Source of the DNA: the human T2T-CHM13v2.0 reference genome, Homo sapiens
NCBI RefSeq assembly: GCF_009914755.1
Contig: NC_060938.1
Length of the DNA stretch: 64,000 bases
Strand: one strand, 5' to 3'
Below are positions 27,322-42,017 of the stretch, piece by piece. The position numbers and the translations under genes were made by a program. The notes under the pieces are model-generated. The model was not told the origin of the DNA. It saw only the letters and a list, made by a program, of their open reading frames with translations, and did not search any database. Numbering within the stretch: position 1 is the first letter of the stretch; each line of letters starts with the position of its first letter.

Positions 27322-28721
27322 TAAAAACAAGTCTACAATGTGTCATCTAATCATTGATTAAAGGTAAAACCTATTCTCATGAGAGACTAAAGACAAAATC
27401 CTTTTTATCTCTATCAATGATTAGATGACACGTGATAGACTTATAGACTTGTTGACCCATTATAGACTTGTTGCTGGAAGATTTAGAAACTGTTAATTTA
27501 GAAATTAGGAATGAAATTAGCACTTGGAATCACTTATCTGTAGTGCTTATAACTCAGATTTAATATTCTGAGTTTAACAGAATATTGGCTGACATATAAA
27601 TTCCATAGACATTCCAAATATTAAGAAATGCTAACATTTTTCAGAGAAAAAGATACTGGTCAGTTAAGTGGCTGACACTGGATTTAAGAATCCTTTCCTT
27701 CTGCTGCTCCTATCCTAAGGTTGATCAAGGACGTGTTTCTCAGATTTCAGATTCGTCTCCCTGTACACACTTGCAAATGTGACAAACCTAAGTTCTTAAG
27801 GGATTCATTTTCAGAAAATTAACATATCATCTTTGATTTTTAAATTTGGAAGTTGATACAGGCAGTGGGCTATTTTCTTTTCTGCCACAAAAAACAAGTT
27901 GTTATCTCCCAAAAACCTGAAGTGGCTATTTTGAGGAATTTAGTCAGATCCAGTCTCTGAGCGACAGCTTTGAAGGGAGCTGTACTGATTACACAATCCC
28001 TTTTCACCCAGGCCACTGTTCCCAGCCTTGTCAGGGCAGGCCTATTGCTATGTGCCAGTCACCTTGGAGACACAGCAAGAGCAGCTTCATCTTGTGGCCT
28101 TTTCTTTAGTTCCTCATTTTGAAAGCCACTTACACTTGAATGTATTATTTAATATGGTGAAAAATGCATCATTTCTTCCAGAGCTTCAGAGCTCTAACGG
28201 GCTTAAAAAGCTCTGGAAATCTTTCTAAAACTAAAATAACCTTGCTCTCAGAAGAATGGTGTATGGTGTTCATATCAGGATTATCAGCAGTGGGCCTGGA
28301 TGAGTAAAATAATTAAACGAACAGCTTTATGAATGTGGGTGGCATGATGCCCCTCACCTCCACCCAAGAAGCTTAAAAGGGCCACATGTGTCATAAACCA
28401 ATTATCCCTCCCACCATGCCTGAAAGAAGTACAAAATTGCTATAGCCATAGCTTCAGAGGTCCTGTTAAATCCTAGACACACAATAACTGTGCAAAGAGA
28501 AATAACTTGGTCCAGCGTCGAGAACAAAGACTAAAAGACTTCATCAGATGTTCAATTTCCTGACAAATGGTATAAACTGATCATGTTGATTGAATCAGAG
28601 ATTGCCAATTCAGTTAGGTCATTTAAACCAGACTTAGAGAATTTATATATTTCTTTTAACACTCCTTTTTAGCTATAGACTTGAACCAGAGGTAGAAAGA
28701 AAGAATGGCATATGGTGTCTC

Positions 28722-29297
28722 TGTATTGTCAGTGTAGCTAAGCTTCAACTTTCTCAAAATTCTTTTCTGTCTATGGCTCTTGCCTAGAGCTGACTGCAAG
28801 AGAAATTTGTGAAAAGAGTGGACTCCAGAAGCGAATCTGGATTCTTGTTTAGCTTGGCAGGAGAGCGTAGTGTCAGAAGTGAAGTTCATGTGTGTTGCGG
28901 ATATGCGGGTTCACCTTGTCGGCTTCTGTCTTATCTCTTCCATCAGCTTTCCTAATCCTGGGCCAGGTGCATTTTTAGGACCCTGAAAGACCGTGTCAGC
29001 TTCTCCTGAAAGTCATCGGCCTCATTGAAACTAGAGGCTTGAAAGTTGTGAAACCAACTCAGTTTCCAGTTTATCCTTATGGATTCGAATTTGTCCTTGT
29101 TCTCTCTCCGTTCACACCTATTTTTCCTTCCCAAATCCCTGCTCACCTCAGGCCTAGCACCAGATGCAAAAGCAACAGCCATACATGAAATGCTTAACCA
29201 ACCCTCAGAATTGTACCATGCCCAGGTCCTCTAATAAATCCCATATTCTATCACATGCCTGATGGTTTACATCTCTGACCAAATTCTGAGTGACACA
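28722..29297 (+). mobile_element. Old ERVL LTR (LTR41-like)
   Basis: TG..CA ends and an ERVL-type 3' end, ctaataaatcccatattc...ctgaccaaattctgagtgacaca. Confidence 0.55.
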
Positions 29298-29452
29298 GGA
29301 GGTGTGCCAGGCTCTGTCACAGGCACATTGCTATAAATTGCACAATCCCCCCTCACAAAAGCTTCAGTTTTAACTGAATTGGAAGGAAAAAATACACAAA
29401 AATGCCGACAGTCACAGGAGTCTCTGTGGCACCAAATTCAAGCTTTATGTTA

Positions 29453-29533
29453 TTAGGTTGGTACAGATATAATTGTGGGTTTTGCCATTTAAAAGTAATG
29501 GCAAAAACAGCAATTACTTCTGCACCAACCTAG
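29453..29533. mobile_element. Full-length MADE1 MITE (miR-548-type palindrome)
   Basis: TA|ttaggttggtacag...ttttgccatttaaaagtaatggcaaaa...ctgcaccaacctag|TA. Confidence 0.9.
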
Positions 29534-32500
29534 TATTTCCCTCGTGTCACATAGCTTGATGAAGTCTCCCCAGTCAAAGCACATTAAACATTGACATTAG
29601 GAAAGTGAAGACCTCAGGGTAAAGAAATTAGAGCTAAGGGCCAGGCTATAATAGAGCTAGAAGGAAATAAGTTGATTAAATAGGCACAGAGCTAAGAAGC
29701 AAGTGGTAAGACTAAATTCAGGGAGTCAACAGAAGTTCTCAGTCTTTAGGTACTAAAGAGTCTCAGTAAACCCTTACAACATTAAAGACAGAAAAATCCT
29801 CACATGTATTTAAGATTGGGGCAATAAGCTAATAAATTGAAAAAAAAAAAAAAAAAAAAAAAAAAAGGGAGACACCAAGTCCAGAGGGCAACCAGGACAG
29901 AATGTCGAGAATTTTGGAAGCCAGGAGATCAAGTATTTTGTGAACAGCTACTTTTGCGGACGGTAAATTTGGATGCCTTATGGTTCAAAGGACAGAACAA
30001 AGCGAGGGGGAAAAGCCAGCTCATAGGTGAGAACTAGATTGCAGGGATTGAAGAAGTAGGAGAAACATACAAGAGGAAGGGTTTAGGAAAGGCTGAGATA
30101 AGGGCCTTTTGGGTGAGTCAAGGATAATTCTCATTAGAGCCTAACCTAAGCCCATCTCTGATCTTGACATTTAGGCACAAAGACTAAAATGACTATCCAG
30201 TCAGTCAACAGGACTCGAGCTCAAAGCCAGGTTAGTGGCAAATCAGGGTGACTTTATGTTGGACCACAAAATATTTGTCTGGAGATTCTTTCTCTCTTTC
30301 CGGAGGTCAGAGTTGGTCCTATCAGGGTTGTACGCTGAGGTCAAGTGATTCTTGCAGCTGGCAAAAGATAGGGAACCAGAAGGGGTGACAAGTTGTGAGG
30401 CTTGAAAAAGAAACTGTATATGAATAGACATATCAATTACACATAAGGCATGAAACTCAATGATTAAGTGATTTACCAGTTTTACACTTATGATCCATAT
30501 ATGTAATATTTGTTCATATGACATATCTAACAGATATTATATATGCTCCATATACATAACGAGGCAATGTTGACCACATTTTCACGTTAATTATATTTAC
30601 TGGAACTGAGTGCAGAGATTCAACTTTTCTTAGTGATCAACCGAAGTTCCTGTGTTTAAAGATCTATTGCTTTGTCCTAAACTACTTACACTGGAGTAAA
30701 GTAAGTCCATAGACTTTGAAGTATTACTTTTCTCTTCTGATATGAAGATCCGTTATTCCACATTAAGTTGTGCTTTTCCAGTTTCTTGTCACAAGCATGT
30801 CTATAAACAATTATATTGATTGAACTTGGCTTTGATGTTCTAACACTCCTGGAATTCACACAGTGGAGTTTCAAAAGTAATGAGCCCACAGATGTATATC
30901 CTGCCACCGCCACCACTCCCACATTCACACTTTTAAATATGTCTTCTGAAAGAAATACAAGAAGACTCTCATGCAGTTACCTGATATTTACAGCCAGCAA
31001 GGAAATGTTTGAAAAATATGCAGGAATGGCAGCTTTCTGGCTTTTTGGCTTATTAGATCCCTTGCTTAAAAATAACAATTTCAAGACTCAGCAAATAAAA
31101 ACTCTCATTGCAAAGATGTGATAAAATTCACAAAAGGAATCTACTTCAGCAGTATTTGGCTTAGGTCCCTTCTTGGTAATGATTCATTTTAATATCCTCG
31201 GTCTTGTTAAATTCTTACACTTATTTTTATTTGCTCACTGTGTCCTAACCAGCAAGAAAGCTATTAACATGATGGTCATGGATGTTCCTTTCTTTACATA
31301 TTGCATTTTCTGTTCCCCTTCACTGGAAGTAACAGCTTCAAAATGAGTATTAGATTATTAGACTTTCATTCATGCATAATTTTAATGCAGTCAATCTGGA
31401 CCAGGAAAGCTTCTCCTTTAGTTGAGCTATGGGCAGAGAGAAATTTCTAGATTTCTCAGTTCTGAAACTGGGTGTATAGTACAGAATTGGGCTAAGCCGA
31501 TTTCCAGAGGAAACCTGGGGATAAATCACATCATGACCAGGATTATCCTCAGGCTGGCTATTGGGTCAGACGGAACTCTAGTTTCCACAGATAGTTTCAG
31601 AAAGAAATGTTTATGGGAAAAGTTCTGATCCCATGAAGATCACTTATTTATATTGACATTTGAAGGAGATATGGAGGTGGAGGGAGGAAGGACCACTGGC
31701 TGCTGTGCACCAAAACCTACTCATTTGACCCAAAATACTTGTAGTTACACAGAAGGGCACAGAAGATGCTAACTTGAGGTACTGAGAATCTTCTACAAGC
31801 AGGGCAGTATCAAGGCCCCTGATGAGAGAAGTCTGTCCTGGTACAGCAATAAGGGAAAAAAGGAGCTTTGACTCTACAGAATTGAAAAACAATAAAACCA
31901 ACCAAAAGTGGTTTTACATTTTATTAACACTATTAGTTGGTAATTCCTAACATCAGTGATAAATTCAAACTTTCTTCGGTCTAAAATCTAAACAATCCTG
32001 CAGTTTACAAGTGAGTTTTAATTATATATATCTGCCTTGAATGGGGATATAAAAATGCCAGGCATGCATGCTACAAAAAGGATACCTAAATACAGCAAAT
32101 AATTCGGGAGTTTTTGTTTTGCTCTACTTAATGATATGTAATCTGTAAATATAGCTACTGTTGATTGTCTCATGGACAGGCATGGCTACCAGGATAACAC
32201 AGAAGCATTTCATTTAAAATTGTTTTAGTGTATTTTTGTACAGAGGTATGTGATACCTTTGGAAAATATGAAGCTCAGTATGGCCATAGTTGAGTAGAAC
32301 AAAACTTTCACTGATTTTGTCCCCTTCTTTCATCCACTCTGCTACAATCTATGCTTTTCCAAATGAGTACAAGAAGCAGAGAGATGGTAAAGGCCTTCTT
32401 GAAAATGACTTCTCATGTCTCATCCTAAATTCAGGAGGTGTTTCAAGTCCTGAATACTGACCTAATCTTTGTAACACACATCGTCCTTAACCCTCATTTT

Positions 32501-33469
32501 TAACTAATCAAACAAATCAATAGGAGGTAAAGAAGTAAATCGAAGGTGAAATAGCATAATCCTGCTGGTTTATATGCCATGGAGATCATATTTACAGATA
32601 TTAACACAGCAAGGAAAACAACACTCTCCCCCCCAGAGTATAGCACATTTTAAAATCATTGCTATTTTTAGAATGTGTCTTTTTGTGACAATGAAAAAGA
32701 GTTTCACATAGTAATTGGCCTTTACACCAAATTTGGATAAATAACTGAAACTTGGTTCAGGTTTCAACCATGTCACATTCAATCATCACATGAATGAATA
32801 TTACGAAAGCAAAACTGAACTACTTTTTATTAGAAATGTTTTTCCCTGTGTATATTTTGTATTTCTTCCCATGTCTTGACATTAAGCCAGCTCAATAGGA
32901 GATGTGTCCTACTAAATTACATATGATCCTTATGCAATTCTAGTGTCCAATTAATAGTGGCAATCACATGTCAAAAGGACACATGCAGAGTCTGTAGTTT
33001 ACCATCATTACTTTCCTCTCAGCAAGCTGTAATAATCCTTCATTTTGTTTCTCCTCTCCTTTCTTCGACCTCAGATAGCTTCTACCTACTTTCTTAATTC
33101 TTACAAAAAAAAAAAAAGTAGTGCTTACTTTTGAGGCCCTCTGGTATTTCACGCCTGCCTCTGATATTCTTAACTTTACGTTCTCCTTGAAAACTCATTA
33201 TTTCAAGGTAGTATATGTTGAACTAATAGATTTTAATACTTGCATAGATTGGATACAAAAATCACTAATATCACTAATAGTCAAGGATTCTTCAACTCTA
33301 CTGAAGCAAAACAAAATAAAAAAAAAAAACTGTCCAAATAACATTTAGCATTCAAAATGGAAAATAGAAAAAAAATTAAAGTAAACCCAGATTATTCTTA
33401 CCACTTTACAACTTGTTGAATATTCTTGAATACCCTTGGAGAGTTGATAATAGTAATTAGAGAGCTTGC

Positions 33470-33655
33470 ATGCGAATGCTGGTTAGATCAGTTGGGTTAA
33501 ATTATGACTCTGCCCTTGTTTTAGCTAGGCCACCTTGGACAAGTTTCTAAACATCTCTATGCCCAAGTTTCCTCATCTGCAGAACTAGGAAAATAGAGTT
33601 GTAAAAATTAAATGAGCTGATATTTACGAAGTGCTTAGAATAGCACCAGGTCTAA
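33470..33655 (+). mobile_element. MIR SINE
   Basis: ccttggacaagtttctaaacatctctatgcccaagtttcctcatctgcag...attaaatgagctgatatt. Confidence 0.75.
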
Positions 33656-34860
33656 ACCCCAGTGTTATTTGAGACAGTGTGAGTCTTCCTCTCAGAAGCA
33701 CTAAGTACATAGATAATACAAGAGAAGTGATTACTTCTTTCATTGAGGATCATGGAAGTTTTCACAGAAGAATGGACTCAGTCCAAGTGGGGTGGGACAA
33801 CGTCAGCGCTACTAACACCAGTTGTATTGTAATACATCATAGATGAGATAATGGGAGCCTGAAATGGTAACAGCTATCAGGTCAAATTAAAGACAGCTTT
33901 GACTTTGACTCCATAAAGAATAAATCTACAGAATGTGGCAACTAAGTAAAGCAAGGAATCTCAGCCTTGGCATCAGGGAGAACGAGTATGTCCTCCATGC
34001 ACACAGACACAAAGCACTCCAGAACCCGGGCACTGGGTAATCCTTGAGCAGATAGCAGTAGCCTGGAGTGTGAGGGCAGGAATATATGTTAGAAGGAGAA
34101 TGCCAAGATCAAGGAAGAAACAGGCAGTAGACCAAGCCCAGAACTTAGGTGAAGGAATTAGAGAGTTGAAAAAAGGTTGCTCCTTGTGTGGGAACAAAAA
34201 CCAGAACACAAGGGCAGGGAGGACTCTCTCAGGGGACCTCTACCTGTCTCCCAGAGGTTCCCAAATCTCTTATCACCAAGAGCCAAGATTTGCCCTAGAT
34301 ACCAGGGGGTCATCGTAATACTGTAGAAGTTCAACTTAGGAGGAAAGAACGATGAAAATGCCAGGAAATAGAAGGAAGTTCTCCATTGTAAAGTTCTGTA
34401 TAGAAATCAAAGTCCTGGAAAAGAAGTATTTCTACATACTTTGATGACCCAAGGTAGAGGGGTTTTAAGTGAAAATGAAGAAAGAGGAACAACAGGAGTC
34501 ACATATTTTTAAATGACTACTTTGAAGCACATTAGGTACAATATGAAAAGTAACAATAAAGAAACTGCCTAGAAATTCACAGACTAAAACAGCTGGGAGA
34601 GGGGCCAGAAGACACTTAGATGTCTACATACTGACATACAGAGATTTGGCAAATTTAACTTAGATCTTTCAACTTGAAAAGAAATGTAACAGCTCATATG
34701 TTATCAAGACACAGCAACAAACATAGCTGTGGAAAACTATATCCCACTCAAAATAAACACAGTTTTTGCTTTGTTTGGTTTTCAGAAGAATATGAAAAAT
34801 GTTCTGTTATCAAGGCATATACCTGTGTATGTTGACATAAATTTATACAAGGAAATTAAG

Positions 34861-35809
<949 letters not shown>

Positions 35810-36770
35810 CTAAACCTTTGGCTAGAGAATAGAAGGAAAAAGGGAATATGAAGAGGAGGAGCTTCTGGGAGAACCAGCGTCATACTTTGATTACTTAAGA
35901 GTTTTTTTTGTTGTTGCTTTTTGTTTTTTTTTGGGCTCGGATCTGGTCACGAGGCTGAGCAGGTAGCTATCTGAAGAGACGGAAGATGGAGTATGGCTTT
36001 ACTTTCGGCATTGAATACAGCTGTAAGAATGTTGATGCTAAACAGTTGTGCTATCAATAAATCCTGTGTCTTCAGACTTTCTAATGGCCTAGTTGCTCAT
36101 TAAGATGTGAGTGAGAAATATTTAGCAACAGACTGTTTTGGCTGCAACCTGCCTGCTTCAACATAATGTTGAAAATACAGATTCTGAATAAGAGGTCTAA
36201 GTAACTCCCACCCACAAAAGTGTGTATGCAATTTATCCAGTGCAACCATTATAGCGGACAATGGTTTTAGCCACAAATCAAAAATCAATGTCATGTGGGT
36301 GCAGTGTGGTGAGGCTGGCCACTTGGTATCAATCGTCTGAGCCACAGCCTCACACAGAGATGATAATTACCATCAGTCATACCTGCAGAGAAAAGGCCGG
36401 CACACTTCTCTTTCCTCGTCCTTTAGAATAATTCCAAATTTATAACTCTGTAATTCAGCCTTGAACTATTTGTAAGTAAATAATAAGAATTATAAAGCCA
36501 CATGTTTAAAATGGAGTCTGGTAGGTTATCTACTTAGACATTGTTTTTAGCAGTTAACTGCCATCATGATAGTAATTTAAAATTAAAAGAACATGACTTT
36601 TACAATAATCTGTAATTCTGATAGAACATTTCTGAAATGAGTAGGATTACTGAAGTGTGTATATGTGTGTCTGCGCATAACTTTAAACTTAGAAATTTTA
36701 GAGTAGGTTAATCAGATTAAAATATAAAGGATCACTAAGCAATTTAAAATCTTTTTGACAAATGTAAGGA

Positions 36771-36927
36771 GCTTCCTACTGAGTAGCTGCGACTATGGGC
36801 GTGTACCACCACGACTGGTTAATTTTTGTATTTTTAATAGAGATGGGGTTTTGCCATGTTGACCGGTCTTGAGCTCCTGACCTCAGCCGGTCTCGGCCTC
36901 CCAAAGTGCTGGGATTACAGGCATGTG
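36771..36927 (-). mobile_element. Truncated, internally deleted Alu
   Basis: gagtagctgcgactat...tttttgtatttttaatagagatgggg...cccaaagtgctgggattacaggc, with no poly-T end. Confidence 0.9.
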
Positions 36928-38235
36928 TTGCTTATTTTGAAGATAATTGTCTGTAAATGCATAGCTGTAAAATAGTACTGTAGTTGTATGCCATTGAAAA
37001 TTAACACAAAAGAGTTTTCATTTGTCATGAAGTTATTTGCAATGAGAAACAGGACAGCCAAAGAGTTTTGTTGTTATGATAATGAGACTTTCAAGTAAGA
37101 TAATAAAAATATGTCCAATACAGATTACCATCGTGTTCTTGACAGTATTTTCATGTTCAGCCTGTATGTTCCACTATATTTGATTTACTAGTACTTCATC
37201 AAAATTCATGTCTACAAGAAACAACATAATTTCAAAGTCCTTTCGTGCATTAGGGGCTATCGTGGCTTATTCATTACAAATTACCTTTTAATCTAATAGT
37301 ATTTAAGCTGAGAAATATTTGGAACCTTTTACCTTTTTTTCTCAGAAAAAAAAGGAAAACTTTATAGAAAAAGGCTTTCTGTTGCAAAGAAGTGTCACAT
37401 TTTTAATTTTTTCATGGATATAACTGTGATAAAGCAAGGGGTTTTGTCCAAATGTAATAACCAAAGCTCACCTGTGTTCATTGTATCAAACTCTTTTTGT
37501 GTAATTCTAACTATGGAAGCTGAAGACGCTCTTGTAAAATTTGTTGTCATGACAACAAAATTCCATAAGAAATGATACAAGACTGTATGTGAAGGAAGTA
37601 TTCATGACATGATTTAACTGAAAGATGCTTCAGCTACCCACTACAGCCCCATTTTTCAGCTTGTCTATTGTTTGCTTACATTTTTTTAACATCTAACAAA
37701 ATTTCCATCTGGCATAACTCTTTAATAAATACGCTAAGATTAGCAGTTATTTTCAGCTTCCTTTTACCAACTGTTATTTATAATAAGTAGAAAGGAAGGT
37801 TACTAAAAGTTGTCAACCTTTATAAGTTATGAAATATTTTCCTTGACCACTTATCCTTTATTTGATCTGAAGAATCTCCTTCAAACATCCTCTCACAGAT
37901 TTCTCCACAAAGGAAAGTTTTGAAGCTCTGGGCAAGGAGAATTTGTAAGAAAGTAAAGATTTATTAATATTATTTGACAAAGATGAGAAGGTAAAAAGTG
38001 AAAAGGTAAAAATAATAATTTTAAATAACAAAGCATACTTGTTTTTGCGCACACAATCACACACACAAAAAAAAACTTTAAAACTAGTCTCAAAAAAGAA
38101 AGCTTTTGCTACTTGACATTTTTTGGATTTTAGATTCTAGACTCTAGAATGAGAACAAAATTCTAATAAATTTCAAAATGTAAAATATGGGTGACACCTT
38201 CCAGTTTTGGGAAAAATTAAGAAAAAGAAATTATG

Positions 38236-38782
38236 GGAAAACAGTACGGAGGTTATCAAAAGAACCGCAAGTGGGACTACCTTCAATCCAGTGATCCCAC
38301 TACTGGGTATCTACCCAAAGGAAAATAAATCATCATATGAAAAAGACATATGCACATATAGCAACACACCTCACAACTGCAAAAATATGGAACCAACCTA
38401 AATGCCCATCAACCAACAAGTGAATAAACATAATATGGTGTATATACACCGTGGAATACTACTCAGCTAGCTATTTAAAAAAGATCAAAATAATGTCTTT
38501 TGCAGGAATAGTAAACCAAATGTCATATGTTCTCACTTATAAGTAGGAGCTAAGCTATGAGGATGCAAAGGCGTAAGAATGATATAATGGACTCTGGGGA
38601 CTTAGCAGGGAAGGTTGAGAGGGAAGTGAGGGATAAAAGACTATATATTGGATACAGTATACACTGCTCAAGTGACAGGTGCACTAAAATCTCAGAAATC
38701 ACCACTAAAGAATTTATCCATGTAACCAAAAACCACCTGTAGCCCAAAAACTATTGCAATAAAAATAAAAATTAATAATAAA
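38236..38782 (+). mobile_element. 5'-truncated L1 3' end (L1PB-like)
   Basis: atcccactactgggtatctacccaaagg...atctcagaaatcaccactaaagaa...aataaaaataaaa, with near-TSDs aaagaaattatg / aaaggaaattatg. Confidence 0.9.
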
Positions 38783-39054
38783 GGAAATTATGAAAAACTT
38801 TGTAGTTTTCCTATTCAATGTTTCTTATTACTTTCTTAATCTCTTCTTATATAAGAGCTTAACACTTACTCTGGGACTTGGGGTTCTTCCCATTGTAATG
38901 ATAAACCACCTCACGAGTCCCTTCTTTGCCTTGTAGCAAGAGTTTTCATACAATAATTTAATATCTAACTGTACATTTTGCTCTTGCCAAGTTAAACTCT
39001 TCTTTGTTTCATGAAGATGGTCATAACCACCCAGAATCTTTCTTCATCTCCAAC

Positions 39055-41495
39055 AGTTTTAGTCAGTGTAATAAGGCAAGAAAAGGAAGAAAGGTCATAT
39101 AAATCAGAATGGGAGAGATAAAACTGTCCCTATCTGCAGATAACATGATTGTTTACATAGGAAATCTCAAGAATGGTTTGAAAACACTCCTAGAACTAAT
39201 GAGTAAATTTGGCAAGGCCAGAGAATGCAAGATAAACATACAAAAATCAATTATATTTCTATACAATAGCAATAAACAGGTAAAAACCAAATTAAAAACA
39301 CAATACTATTTGCAATCACTCAAAAAAAAAAGAGAAAACTACTTAGGTGTAAATTCAACTAAATGTGTATAGGATTTGTATTTTGAAAACCACAAAAGTC
39401 TGACTAAAGATATCAAATATCGCTGAATAAATGAAGGGATATACTATATTCATGACTTGGAACTTAATATAGTAAAGATGTGGATTTTCCCCCAAATTAA
39501 TACACAGGTTTAATACAGTTTCTATCAAAATCCCAATGAGCTTGTAAAATAGCTATAAACAAGATTATTCTAAATTTTTATGGGAAAGCAAAGGAACTAG
39601 AATTGCTAAATAGGCCGGGCACAGTGGCTTATGCCTGTAATCCTCGCACTTTGGGAGGCCAAGGCGGGCGGACTGCCTGAGCTCAGGAGTTCAGGACGAG
39701 CCTGGGCAACATGGCGAAATCCTGTCTCTACTAAAAATACAAAAAAACTAGCTGGGCGTGGTGGTGCACACCTGTAATCCCAACTACCGGGGAGGCTGAG
39801 GCACAAGAATCGCTTGAACCCAGGAGGCAGAGGTTGCAGTGAGCCAAGATCAGGCCACTTCACTTCAGCCTGACTGACAGAACAAAACCCTGTCTCAGAG
39901 AAAAAAAAAAAAAGAAGAAGAAGAAAAGAAAAACAAGAATAAATGGGAAGAAATTACTCTACCCCATCCTGTCTTATTATACATTTATACATCTCTAGTA
40001 ATGGAGATCATGTGGTATTGGTAGCATGATAAATGCATAAATAAATGGGACAGGTGAAGAAGGCTAGCTGATGTTTTATAAAAATGCAAAGACAATTCAA
40101 TGGAAAAAGGATGAACTTTTTCACAAATGGTTCTGGAATAATAATTGGACATCTTTGGGCAAAAAAAGTAAACCTCAATCTAAATCTCATACCTTTTAGA
40201 AAAACTGAGTCAACAGGGGTCGTAGATTTAAGTGTAAAACATAAAAAGTCTAAAACTTTTAGGAGTTAACCTAGAAGAAAACCTTCAGGACCTGGAACTT
40301 CATGAAAAGTTCTTAGACATGATTCTAAAAGCACTAGATATTTTTTAAAATCTGTAAATTGGACTTAATCACAATTAAATACCTTTGCTGTATGAAAGAC
40401 TGTCAAAAGAATGAAAAGACAAACAATAGATTGAGAGAAACTATTGCAAACCATACATTCAACAAAGGATTCATATTTAGAATACGTAACTCATCCTCAA
40501 AGCTCAACAGTAAATATATGCATATATTCAATTGGAAAATGACAAATATATGAAGAGATATTTTTCTGAAAATGATACACTGATGGAAAATGAGTGCAAA
40601 AAAAACACAATCAATATCACTAGCCAATAGAGAAATGCAAATTAAGGCCACCAAGAAATATCATTATACATCTACAGTACAGCTCAAGTAAACAATAGCA
40701 ACAATACCAAATGCTAGCAGGGAATGGGGAAGCTGGATCTCTCATGTTGCTAGCAGGACTGTAAAATGCTCCAGTCGCTATAGAAAACAGTTTGTTTCTT
40801 AAAACACTAAATATACACTTACCGTAAGACTCAGAAATTTGTGCTCCTGAATATTTATCCAAAATGAAACTAATGTTCCCCCCAAAAAAGCTGTACACAA
40901 TTGTCCATAGAAGGCTTATTTGTAATAGACTAAAACTAGAAACAACCAAAATGCCCCTCAATGGTGAAACAAACTATGGTATGCCCATATTGTGGAACAT
41001 TATGCAACAATAAAAAAGAATAAGCTATTAATATACACAACCACTTGGGTGGATCTTAAGGGCATTATGCTGAATGAAAAATGCCAATCTCATAAGTTCC
41101 CATACTGCATATTTTTGTTTATATAAAACTTGGAGATGACAAAATTACAGGTGTGGAAAATAAACTTGTAGTTATCAGCGGTTGGGGATGGTGGGAAAGG
41201 ACTGGGATTTGGGTAGACTAGAAGGTATTAGCATAAAGGAGCTCTTTGTGGTGAAGGAATAGTTCTGTATTTTGATTACAATGGTGGTTACACAAATCAA
41301 CCCCTGTGATAAAATGACTCAGTACTATAAATGCATATTGGACCAATATCAAAGTCCTGGTTTTGATTTTGTACTATAACTAGACAAAATGTAAAATGTA
41401 ACTATTGGGGGAAAATGGGTGAAGGATACATTGGACCTCCCTGTTTTACCTTATAACTGCCTGTTAATTGATAATTATTTCAATCAAAAAGGGTA
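39055..41495 (+). mobile_element. Ancient L1 (L1MD/MC-like): ORF2 3' part and 3'UTR, interrupted by an Alu
   Basis: The peptide IKLSLSADNMIVYIGNLK is a decayed RT FADD motif. The L1M-type 3'UTR ends at ~41490. Confidence 0.9.
39613..39935 (+). mobile_element. AluS within the L1
   Basis: Full dimer with an A/AAG tail. Confidence 0.97.
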
Positions 41496-42017
41496 ACTTA
41501 AAAAATTGGTGCTAGATTGTTAAGAATTTACATGTGGGTTTGAGTGGAAAAGATGTTAAAAACGCCTTTGCAGCCCTATTTCAGAAGGGTAATACTAAAT
41601 CTTGGCAAATTTTATTCACTAACAGACAATAAAAGTGGGTGGGGGGAGTTGTCATCTGCAATACTTGTGAACTTTTGGAATAGCACAACACTCACAAAAG
41701 CTAGAAAATAAAATGGTACACGTGTATTTCTGTAGGCCACATTTTTCAATCTAATTTATATCCAGTAAAATAATATAGTTTCTATAAACCTTAACTCATA
41801 AACCAGCTAATAATAGGCTCTGAAGAAGCATAGGTAATACGGTACCTTATTACACCCATGTTCAGAAAAATTAATAGGTCAGATCTGGAAAATTGTATAC
41901 ATCACTGGAACATCCTTCAACATTGAACTAAGGCAAGGCACACTCTTGACCATTAGTCACATCATTGAGACTCAGGAGCTGTGCTTTCTGTCCACCTGCT
42001 CTCCTGCTCCCAGCTCA

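Noticed and set aside
39109-39372. 87-aa ORF with an RT-like motif
   Set aside because: Decayed L1 ORF2 in which the catalytic FADD has become SADN.
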